Source of the DNA: an uncultured delta proteobacterium | GTDB taxonomy: Bacteria > Myxococcota_A > Polyangia > Polyangiales > B10-G4 | Length of the DNA stretch: 64,000 nucleotides | Direction of reading: 5' to 3' | Assembly: GCA_963727445.1 (NCBI GenBank) | Contig: CAVSGI010000006.1 | Span: 512,001-576,000 of the forward strand | Shown here: positions 56,338 to 64,000 of the stretch, piece by piece | Numbering within the stretch: position 1 is the first letter of the stretch | Layout of the letters: each line of letters starts with the position of its first letter | Notes under the pieces: generated by a model | Seen by the model: the letters and a program-made list of their open reading frames with translations, nothing else | Told to the model about the DNA's origin: nothing | The model's database searches: none | Translations under genes and position numbers: made by a program

Positions 56338-56494
56338 CGTGTGGTGTGAGGGTTTCGCCACATGCACGGCCGGTGGCCCCAGCACCACGCCGCGCCGGAC
56401 GCGTCCTGCGCACCCGCGCTCGGCGCTCCCTACGACTGGCCGCTCGTGTTCGGTCCGCCCGAAGGTCTTAGCGTTGCGGCGAAACGGGGGGACG

Positions 56495-56707
56495 ATGGGA
56501 CGGAAGAAGTACGGAATCGGAATTGCGATTGGCGTCGTGATCGACGCGGTCTGTCTCGAGGGGGACGACGGCTACTGCACGCTCCACTGCGAGGACGCGA
56601 GCGCCTGCCCCGCCGGATGGGAGTGCGGCCCGGTCACCGAATACACCCTCGACGGACAGAGGCCGACGCCGGAGGTCGGCAGCGCATCGGTGTGTCTCAG
56701 ACCGTGA
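56495..56707 (+). CDS. Small Cys-rich ORF or gene remnant
   Basis: 'CLEGDDGYCTLHCEDASACPAGWEC' resembles myxobacterial Cys-rich repeats; no clear signal peptide. Confidence 0.35.
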   Translation: MGRKKYGIGIAIGVVIDAVCLEGDDGYCTLHCEDASACPAGWECGPVTEYTLDGQRPTPEVGSASVCLRP

Positions 56708-56823
56708 CCGCCTGGCGTCCGCCTTCTCCGGGCTTTGGGCTTGGCCAGACGAGGGGCCTGCCGAGTGCCCCGTGAGACCCGAGGTGAGGGCCTGCCCGCG
56801 GTCCGATGCGCCGACGGGAGCGA

Positions 56824-58080
56824 TCAGGGACCGACGTAGAAGCCGCCGTCGTCGGTGAGCAGGCGGCCGACCACGACGTGGCGGGTGCCGTCCGAGGGAC
56901 GCCACCAGTGCCAGACGACGCGCAGGGTGCCGTCAAGGGCGTGGAAGACGTCCATGCCGCCCGGGCCCCGGTGGTTCTCGGGGAGCCCGCGGTAGGGGTC
57001 GAGCCCGGCGGCGCCGGTGAAGCCGAAGTGAGGCCGCCGCACGCCCATGTGGATGGGGGCGCAGCGTGACGAGGGCAGGATCGTCGAGCCGCAGTCGGCG
57101 ATGCCCGTCGCGTAGCGGGCGCTGTCCCAGTTGTTGCCGGAATAGGCGAGGTACCAGGTCCCGTCGGAGCGGAAGAGGGACGGGTTCTCGACGACGTGCG
57201 TGGTTCCGCTGATGCGGATCGTGTCCCAATCGATGTCGGTGCTGAGCAGCAGGTCCACGCGCGAGCTCCAGACCGCGCGACCGACGTCGTCGGTGCGCAC
57301 GACCGAGATGCCGGTCTCGGGAAAGCGGGTGATCTCGTCGTCGCGATAGGTGACGAACATCCGGTCGTCGCCGACCACGACCGGATCGGGATCGATCACC
57401 CAGCGACCGTCGCCAGGACAGGCCCACTCGCCGAGATCCACGAAGGGGCCCCGCGCCCCGGTGGAGCTCGCGCGGCCGATGCACTTCTGGCCGGCGCCCC
57501 GCCGGCTGGCGACGTAGAACATGAAGTACCGGTCGCCGAAGCGCGCGACGCCCGGCGCCCAGATGCTGCCGCCGCGCTCCGCCCAGGCGCCCGGACCGTC
57601 GGGCATCGCGTCGCCCGCGTAGCAGTCCGACATGCCGACGCGGTTGCCCGCGCCGTGCACGAGGTAGGGCACGTAGAGCTTGCCGGAGGGCGCGCCGCAC
57701 CGTGGCCCCCGGCCGGCGCCGACCGTCGTGCCGTAGGTGATGTAGTCGCCGCTCCTCGCGAGCACGGTGTCCGGATCGGCGAGGGCCGCCTCGGAGGAGT
57801 GCGTCGGATCCTCGACACCGACCGGCGGCATGGACGCATCGCTGGCGCCGCTGGCGTCGTCCACGACGGCCGCGTCGTCCACGATCGTCGCGTCCCTCGC
57901 GCCCCTCGCATCGTCCGGCGCGCCCGCATCGTCCGGCGCCGCCGCGTCGTCCGCCACCCACGCATCGAGCGCGTCCCCATCCGCACCAACCGATCCGTCC
58001 GCGCCGCCGCACCCCACCACCAGCACCACCGCGATGGCGAGCTGGGGACGAGGACGAACTTGCCTGGCCGAGCTCCACAT
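56824..58080 (-). CDS. GH43-like five-bladed beta-propeller glycoside hydrolase lipoprotein
   Basis: Lipobox 'VVGC', Asp/Ala tether, 'ADP', 'IWAP', 'IDP', 'VENP', 'YLAYSGN'. Confidence 0.85.
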   Translation of the reverse strand: MWSSARQVRPRPQLAIAVVLVVGCGGADGSVGADGDALDAWVADDAAAPDDAGAPDDARGARDATIVDDAAVVDDASGASDASMPPVGVEDPTHSSEAALADPDTVLARSGDYITYGTTVGAGRGPRCGAPSGKLYVPYLVHGAGNRVGMSDCYAGDAMPDGPGAWAERGGSIWAPGVARFGDRYFMFYVASRRGAGQKCIGRASSTGARGPFVDLGEWACPGDGRWVIDPDPVVVGDDRMFVTYRDDEITRFPETGISVVRTDDVGRAVWSSRVDLLLSTDIDWDTIRISGTTHVVENPSLFRSDGTWYLAYSGNNWDSARYATGIADCGSTILPSSRCAPIHMGVRRPHFGFTGAAGLDPYRGLPENHRGPGGMDVFHALDGTLRVVWHWWRPSDGTRHVVVGRLLTDDGGFYVGP

Positions 58081-58085
58081 GCCGA

Positions 58086-59147
58086 TCACCCGTCGTGCTC
58101 GAAGTGGCCGCGGACCCAGTGGCCCCGGTGTTCGTCGATGCCCAGGTGGATCGTGCCCCGCGCGATGCTGCCGTCGCCCCGGCGCGCGTAGCGGAACGCG
58201 AAGGACGCGGCCGGCACGGCGAAGACGTAGTCGATGCCCGCGCCGGCGATCACCCGCGCGTCGGGGTGGAGGCTTTCGGGCTCCCACGCGGGGTTACAGG
58301 CGTCCGCGCCGCGCGGGCGGTTCAGGTCGCCCGTCACGATCACGTTTCGCCCCGCGTCGTGCTCGCGCGCGACCTCCTCCTGCAGGATGTGCCACGCCTG
58401 CCGCCAGTAGCGGCGGCGCCGGTCCACGTGCGACTTGCACGACCAGGCGCCGGCGATGAAGTGGGTGTCGAGCACCGAGAGGTTGCGCTGCGGATAGTGC
58501 ACCACCGTGACGAAGCGCGTGGGGCTCACGCCGGCCCAGCCGGGCGAGGCGAAGACCGCGCGCACCTCGAGGGGCAGGTCGTGTGCCCCGCGGGAGGTCA
58601 CCGGGACCTTGACGAGCTCCCGGTTGCCGTCCGGCCGCAGGCCCCGCGGGTGCTTCGTCTTCCATCCGGCGTCGGTCGCGAAGCGGGCGCGGATGACGTC
58701 GATCTCGCAGCGCCCGCACGGGTCGCCCTCGCCGATCTCCTGCCACCCGATGAAGCTCGGCCCATCCTTGGGCTCGAGGACGTCCCCGACACCGCCGATC
58801 GCCGCGGCGACCTGCGCGCGGGTGTCGTAGCTGCGCCCGACGTTCACCGTCGAGAAGGTCATCACGACCTCGTAGGCGGCCGGGACGGGCGGATCCATCG
58901 CGGGCGTCGACGCGTCGTCCACGGCCGCGTCGGCGACGGTCGCGTCGGCGGCGGACGCGTCCTCGACGCTCGCATCGTCCGCGGCCGCGTCGGCGACGGT
59001 CGCGTCGGCGGCGGACGCGTCCTCGACGCTCGCATCGACATCGCTTCCACCGTCATCGACCGCGGTGCGGCAGCCGCACACCAGCAACAGGAGCGCGAGG
59101 AGCCTCACGGCCCCGAAGCGTCCGACCCTCTCGGCTCTCCCGGTCAT
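58086..59147 (-). CDS. Endonuclease/exonuclease/phosphatase (EEP) family lipoprotein
   Basis: Lipobox 'VCGC', 'TVNV', 'WQE', 'DTH', 'TGDLN', 'IDYV', 'DEH'. Confidence 0.8.
   Translation of the reverse strand: MTGRAERVGRFGAVRLLALLLLVCGCRTAVDDGGSDVDASVEDASAADATVADAAADDASVEDASAADATVADAAVDDASTPAMDPPVPAAYEVVMTFSTVNVGRSYDTRAQVAAAIGGVGDVLEPKDGPSFIGWQEIGEGDPCGRCEIDVIRARFATDAGWKTKHPRGLRPDGNRELVKVPVTSRGAHDLPLEVRAVFASPGWAGVSPTRFVTVVHYPQRNLSVLDTHFIAGAWSCKSHVDRRRRYWRQAWHILQEEVAREHDAGRNVIVTGDLNRPRGADACNPAWEPESLHPDARVIAGAGIDYVFAVPAASFAFRYARRGDGSIARGTIHLGIDEHRGHWVRGHFEHDG
58915..59037. repeat. 60-bp coding duplication in the EEP lipoprotein tether
   Basis: 58922-58977 equals 58982-59037; encodes 'DASVEDASAADATVADAA' twice. 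Confidence 0.92.
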
Positions 59148-59497
59148 TTCGACCGGAGAGCACCGCACGAAGCGTGCCGGCCCTCCATGCCCAGGGACGC
59201 GGTCAGTGGTCCGCACCCGGCGGCGTGCGTACGCGGATATCCGCGCGGGCCCGAGCACGCCTGTCACAGGGATCGCCCAACGTCAGCCCGGCGCTCCGGA
59301 GCAATGCCGCCCGCGGGACGCTTCGAGCCGCGCCACGGCGATCCGGCTCGAGCTCGCCGCGCGCGTGCTGCTCCCGAAGTCGCGCGACGGCCTCTCGCAG
59401 CGCCGCAGGAAAGGCATGGCCGTGAACCGTGACGGGTTCGACGGCGCTGTCCAACGTCATTCACGGCTACGCAACGCCAGCGATGCGCGATCTTCTT

Positions 59498-60370
59498 CTA
59501 CCGTTCCTCGCTCGCCTCACTCGAGGGGAGGGTCTGGACGAGCGTGTACCGAAAGGTCAGGGGCTCGCCTCTTCGGAGGACGCGAAGCTCGAAAGAGTCT
59601 CCATCTCCATCGCGAGCAAGGGAGAGCATCGGAGAGTCTTCGTCGATGGCTCGTCCGCCGGCATGCGTGATCACATCGCCGTTCTCGAGACCGAGGAGCG
59701 CCACGACGCTTCGTCGTCGCACGCCATAAATCTTGACGCCGACAACCGCCCCCCCGCCGTCTTCGTGCGGTAGGACACGCGTGCTCCAGAGAGCGCGATG
59801 GGCCAGGGTTCGCATGCGCTCGGATGCGTATCGCGTGATCTCGAAGTCATGCTCGCCGACCGCTCGAACCCCGCGGGCGAGCGACTCGTACTCCTCGTCG
59901 GAGAGTGGGTGCGGCGCCCGGGGTCCCATGCAGAGTAGGAACACCCTGTCGGGATCGGAGTGAACGACGAGTCCGTGCGGATCTTCGTCGATGCGGAAGC
60001 CCCCGCCCTCGATGGCGGCCAGTAGAAGAGGAGCGAGATTGTCCGCACTCGCGGATTGCGCATGGTGGTAGGTGAGCCGAGCGCAGGTCGCCACGTCCTG
60101 CGCATCCGGCGCGATGACCACGGGGCGGCCTCCCAGCTCGACGAGCCTCTGGACGGCTTCCTCCAAGCTCCATTGATCGATCACGACCGCTTCGGCAGGA
60201 GGCGTTTCGACGGGTGCCGGCTCTTGCTCACCGCCATCGTTGCGGTGATCCGCGGCGCAGAGGGGACGCGTCGCGTCGGCGCCGGATCCGCAGCCGACGA
60301 TCAGCGCCGCCATCAAGGGAACGCCCCCCTTCGCCACCCTCGTCATCTTCGCCTTCGTGCGAGTCGCCAT
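59498..60370 (-). CDS. Lipoprotein with GspC-like C-terminal PDZ domain
   Basis: Lipobox 'IVGC'; 'GVKIYGVRRRSVVALLGLENGDVI', 'VLRRGEP'. Confidence 0.72.
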   Translation of the reverse strand: MATRTKAKMTRVAKGGVPLMAALIVGCGSGADATRPLCAADHRNDGGEQEPAPVETPPAEAVVIDQWSLEEAVQRLVELGGRPVVIAPDAQDVATCARLTYHHAQSASADNLAPLLLAAIEGGGFRIDEDPHGLVVHSDPDRVFLLCMGPRAPHPLSDEEYESLARGVRAVGEHDFEITRYASERMRTLAHRALWSTRVLPHEDGGGAVVGVKIYGVRRRSVVALLGLENGDVITHAGGRAIDEDSPMLSLARDGDGDSFELRVLRRGEPLTFRYTLVQTLPSSEASEER

Positions 60371-60491
60371 CCGTGATGGTAGGGCAGGGATGGTCCGAAC
60401 CCAAGCAAGCAAAGCGATTCGCCGAACCGGCAGGTCGTCACCAGCACCCACGCATCGGTGAGCGAATTCGGCACTGTGCCATCATCCATCG

Positions 60492-61820
60492 ATGCTCGAC
60501 GCATTTGCCTTCGCGTTGCTGGTGTTCCTGGTGTCGTGTGCCGGACCGGCGCCGCAGCCGTCCATCGCAAGCGTCGCCCCCCGCATGGAACCGAATACCC
60601 CCCCCGAGCCGGGGCCGACCGCGGCCTGGACGGACGGTGTGCCTTCGCGCGACGCGGTGCGGGTGACGGCGTGCGAAGGGTTCGGGCCGAACTGCGACGT
60701 CGACAGGCTTTCGTCGGCCGGTGCGTCGCAAGATGGCACCGCGCTCTACGTTGCCCGCGTGCTCCCCGATGGTCCGTGCCCCCACCCTCGAGTGTGCGCA
60801 CCGCTCGAACCACAACCGGCGAACGTGCCCGGTTGGGACCCCGTGGGAGGAACCTACGCGTTCGACCCGGAGGCGTGCGGTGACGACATCGACGAGTGCG
60901 GGAGCATGGGCTTCGTGCTCGTCGCCGCGCGTCCGACCGGCGCCGTGACGCGGCTCATCACGGAGATCATGATCTGGGACCAGGGTGCGGCGGGGCTCGG
61001 GCAGGACACGATCGTGATCGGGAACAACAGCTTCTCGCGCATCAATTACGGGGGCTCGAACGAGCGGCAACTGACGGCCACGACCATTCAGCTCGACCCG
61101 CCTGCCGTCCTCACGCGGGAAACGGAGTACGCGCACATGATCTTCGGCGGTCGCACGCGCGTCACGTGGTCCGAGGTAGACGGTCGTGGTTTCGGATTTC
61201 GTGAAAACGATGCGTGCGCCGCGCGCACGCCACCAGCGACGCTCGTCGGGGTCGCAATCCCCGACGTCGCGCTGGCGGACGAGGACGCTTGGCGCACGAC
61301 GGGGTTCGGCGACTGCGCGGCCTCGATGCGGCGCGAAGCGGCGATGCCGCCCGTCGACACGGCCACTGGAAGGATCGGTCCAGCCCCCGACGCGAGCCCC
61401 GACGCGCCCCAGGTGTACCGGGCCGGTAATGCGCTCGTGCTCGAGGTGCCCCGAACGACCTCCAGCGTCACGGTCTGGATCGGCGCCGAGCTCCGCGCTC
61501 CGGTCGATTGTTTCGAGCTCGACGCGCGTGCCGTCCGTGTGCCCGTCTCGGGGCCTCCAACGCAGACGCGCAGCGGCCTCGTCACCGAGCGCGTCGTCGT
61601 CGGTGACCGCGTGCGCCTTCGACTGTCGACCGCGCACGGGCCGCCAGCCGCGATCGACGTAGGCGACTTTCGCACAGTCGCCCATGGCCGGGGCCGGCCC
61701 CTGGTCGAGGGGCCCTTCAGCTGGACGCCCGCTTGCGAGGTGCGCGATGGTGCTCTGCACCACGAGCCGCGCCAGCCGCCCGACGCTCCCGCGGCGCTGG
61801 TGGGCGAGGAAGTATTCTAG
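60492..61820 (+). CDS. Hypothetical lipoprotein
   Basis: Lipobox 'LVSC', 442-aa ORF; no family recognised. Confidence 0.6.
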   Translation: MLDAFAFALLVFLVSCAGPAPQPSIASVAPRMEPNTPPEPGPTAAWTDGVPSRDAVRVTACEGFGPNCDVDRLSSAGASQDGTALYVARVLPDGPCPHPRVCAPLEPQPANVPGWDPVGGTYAFDPEACGDDIDECGSMGFVLVAARPTGAVTRLITEIMIWDQGAAGLGQDTIVIGNNSFSRINYGGSNERQLTATTIQLDPPAVLTRETEYAHMIFGGRTRVTWSEVDGRGFGFRENDACAARTPPATLVGVAIPDVALADEDAWRTTGFGDCAASMRREAAMPPVDTATGRIGPAPDASPDAPQVYRAGNALVLEVPRTTSSVTVWIGAELRAPVDCFELDARAVRVPVSGPPTQTRSGLVTERVVVGDRVRLRLSTAHGPPAAIDVGDFRTVAHGRGRPLVEGPFSWTPACEVRDGALHHEPRQPPDAPAALVGEEVF

Positions 61821-62347
61821 AGACGGCGCCGCGGGGCTCGGGGCCTTCGACGGGCGCTTCGCGATGGGCACCGTGGGTCACGGCGACGGGATGGGCCTGC
61901 AGCGTCTCGAGTGCGCCACGAAGCGTCGAAGGATCTGGCGGAGGCCGAGTCGCACGCCAGAGGGCGCGCCCGACACCGGACGCAGATGCGTCGGCTGCAG
62001 TGGTGATGGGCCGGCCCCTATGACCTGAACCTCCTCAACCACTCCGGGACGCGCTACCTCGGAGCCCACGGCGTGAGGACTGGATACCCCTGGCTCTTCG
62101 AGCGCGCCGAAGGTGCTGCCTCACGCGCGCAGGTTTTCGTCGCGGCGTCCTTCTCCACCACGCCCGATGCCGATGGTGGCCCCCGCGGCCTTCGGAAGGG
62201 GCTCAGGCCCCCTCGGACGACGAGGAGCGGAGCGCCGCTGAGCCTACTCGAGGCGCGAGATCGGACGCTCGAAGGTGTCCTGCGCTGCGCGTAGCCCCTC
62301 CCGATCCGAGCGGCGTCCCTCGCGCGGCGGCGTGGCATGATGGCGAG

Positions 62348-62956
62348 GTGCAGACCGCGCTCGGCGCATTCGTGGAGGATGGTGACGCACCGGCCGTGGC
62401 TCGAACGCTCGACGCGCTCGTCGACGGCGGGCCGCTCGAAGACGACGCGTGGCTCGAGGTCATCGCGTGTGTCGACCAATGCGTCGGAGCAGAACGTTTT
62501 CGGCGCGTCGACTTACAGATCGGGCGCGCGCTTCGGCGATGGCTCTCGGCGTACGTCGGGCGGGAGCGCTTCGGGAGCGCGGAGCTCTTTTCGCTCGCGC
62601 TCGACGTGTGGCGACGGACCAGCGACTTCAAGGCGCAGTACCTGTGCGATTTCGCGGGCGCGTGGCTGTTGGCGGATCCCGCGTCCGACGACGCGTTGGG
62701 GGCGTTCCTCGATGCCACCTTCATGGCGGACAGCCAAGACCCGTATCTGCATCGGGGCATCGACCTCGAGGCGGTCGCGGATCGGCTGCCGGAGACGCCA
62801 CGTCGCGCCGAGTTGTTGGCGTTGCACGCGATCATCCTCGAGCGCGCGGGCTCGGATCACGCTGGCACGGCCCTGGCGCGCGCCCTGGCGGTTCACCCCG
62901 GCCTCGATCTCGACGCGCTCCGCGAACGCTATCGACGATTCATCGATCCAGTCTGA
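62348..62956 (+). CDS. Hypothetical helical protein
   Basis: 202-aa ORF with globular composition; fills the gap before a convergent gene. Confidence 0.55.
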   Translation: MQTALGAFVEDGDAPAVARTLDALVDGGPLEDDAWLEVIACVDQCVGAERFRRVDLQIGRALRRWLSAYVGRERFGSAELFSLALDVWRRTSDFKAQYLCDFAGAWLLADPASDDALGAFLDATFMADSQDPYLHRGIDLEAVADRLPETPRRAELLALHAIILERAGSDHAGTALARALAVHPGLDLDALRERYRRFIDPV

Positions 62957-63023
62957 GCGTGTTGCGCGCTCTTGGGGAGGATAGGCGTAAGAGGTTGGGT
63001 TCTCAGATCTCGCTCGCGCCTCC

Positions 63024-63386
63024 TCAGCCCTCGGGTGCGAGCTGAAAGGTGTACTCGACCTTCAGGTTCGCGGCTGGCGGCTCCGGCAGCTGAACCTGGG
63101 TCAAGGTGGCGGTCATGCAGGACTGCAGCTCCGGGTCCCGCACGTCGCCGCCGACGAACTCGACCTGGTCGACGCGGCCGTCGCTCGCGCCGACGTGGAG
63201 ATTGGCGTTGAGGGTTCCGGCCGCGTCGCGGTTGCGCGTGAGGGCCTGGGCGTAGCACTGGTCGAGCTCCTGGCTCTTGGCGTCGACCGCGCTCCTGAGG
63301 TGCCGCTGCGCATCGCCGATGCCGCAGCCCGAGAGCGCGGCGAAGGCCGAGAAGAAAACCACCCCGAGGATGAATCGCTGCATCAC
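63024..63386 (-). CDS. Lipoprotein with AgmX/PglI-type (TonB-C-like) domain
   Basis: Lipobox 'LSGC'; 'CYAQALTRN...GTL...V...G.V...CM......P......YTF'. Confidence 0.75.
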   Translation of the reverse strand: MMQRFILGVVFFSAFAALSGCGIGDAQRHLRSAVDAKSQELDQCYAQALTRNRDAAGTLNANLHVGASDGRVDQVEFVGGDVRDPELQSCMTATLTQVQLPEPPAANLKVEYTFQLAPEG

Positions 63387-63994
63387 GCGCCTCCCTGTGC
63401 CGCTGCCGGCGTTTCTTGCTCGCTGGTTGCGTCTTCGGTGGTTTCACCCGGTTCCGACTCGTTCGCCTCCGCCGCGTTCTGCGCGGGGGCGGCCGTCGTG
63501 TCCTGCTCGATGATGTTGAACTCGACGCGACGGTTCGCGGCGCGGCCAGCGGCCGTGTCGTTGGTGTCGATGGGGCGGGTCAGGCCGTACCCTTCGGCTT
63601 CGAGGCGGCCCTGGTCCACGCCGTTGTCCACCAGCGCCTGCATGACGGCGTTTGCGCGCCGTCGCGACAGGTCCAGGTTGTAGGGCGCCGCGCCCTGATT
63701 GTCGGTGTGACCCTCGATGCGGACCTTCCGCACGTGCGGGTTGTCGTTCATGACCTGGGCGATCTCCTGGATGAGGTCGTCCGAGTCCGAGCTGATCTCG
63801 GCGCTGTCGATCTCGAAATGGATCTTCTCGTCGACGCGAATGCGTTCGGCTTCCACCTCGACGCGCGGCGGCGGCTCGGGCTCTGGCGGCGGCTCGGGCG
63901 CGGGCGGCCGCATGGCCGCGACCCGGACGGGCGTGCTTTCGTGGAGCACCGCCGTCGTCGAGCTACAGCCGCCCGCCGTCAGCGCCGCAGCCAC
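63383..63994 (-). CDS. OmpA-family peptidoglycan-binding lipoprotein; start may lie beyond the window
   Basis: 'IHFE', 'IEGHTD', 'NLDLSRRRA', 'GYG...P', 'NRRVEF'. Confidence 0.93.
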   Translation of the reverse strand: MAAALTAGGCSSTTAVLHESTPVRVAAMRPPAPEPPPEPEPPPRVEVEAERIRVDEKIHFEIDSAEISSDSDDLIQEIAQVMNDNPHVRKVRIEGHTDNQGAAPYNLDLSRRRANAVMQALVDNGVDQGRLEAEGYGLTRPIDTNDTAAGRAANRRVEFNIIEQDTTAAPAQNAAEANESEPGETTEDATSEQETPAAAQGGA

Positions 63995-64000
63995 ACCGGT

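Noticed and set aside
61821..62340. Additional gene between the lipoprotein and the helical protein
   Set aside because: Only short overlapping frames (61684..62028, 62073..62294) with no recognisable motif; possibly debris.

Overview
Very GC-rich bacterial chromosomal DNA, probably from Myxococcota (Polyangia-like). The evidence is a MYXO-CTERM-type sorting tail, an AgmX/PglI-type domain and many lipoproteins with Asp/Ala/Gly-rich tethers. About 48 real genes lie among many antisense shadow ORFs. In order: an acyltransferase; a DUF4175/TPR-peptidase/MoxR/DUF58/BatA-vWA cluster interrupted by a thermonuclease; a long coiled-coil protein; a self-cleaving S74-chaperone lipoprotein; an L,D-transpeptidase with a sulfotransferase; an unknown protein that may have a TyrRS/CDPS-like fold; an SLT-like/M23 protein; a D-aminoacylase; a ~2 kb non-genic repeat locus (5 x ~94 bp G-rich units, then 18 x 51 bp hairpin units); glgB-malQ/glgX with a halogenase-like gene; msrB; an S10 peptidase; a STAND regulator; carbamate kinase; a GT2/GT-C pair; an atypical Hsp70 with a J protein; and a run of surface hydrolase lipoproteins. 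I found no rRNA, tRNA, CRISPR array, transposase or integrase. At least eight +1 frameshifts split genes. Six of them are repaired by deleting one T at ATTC, five of these restoring GATC, which suggests motif-specific long-read errors and possibly DNA modification rather than real pseudogenes. All family calls come from motifs read by eye; no searches were run.
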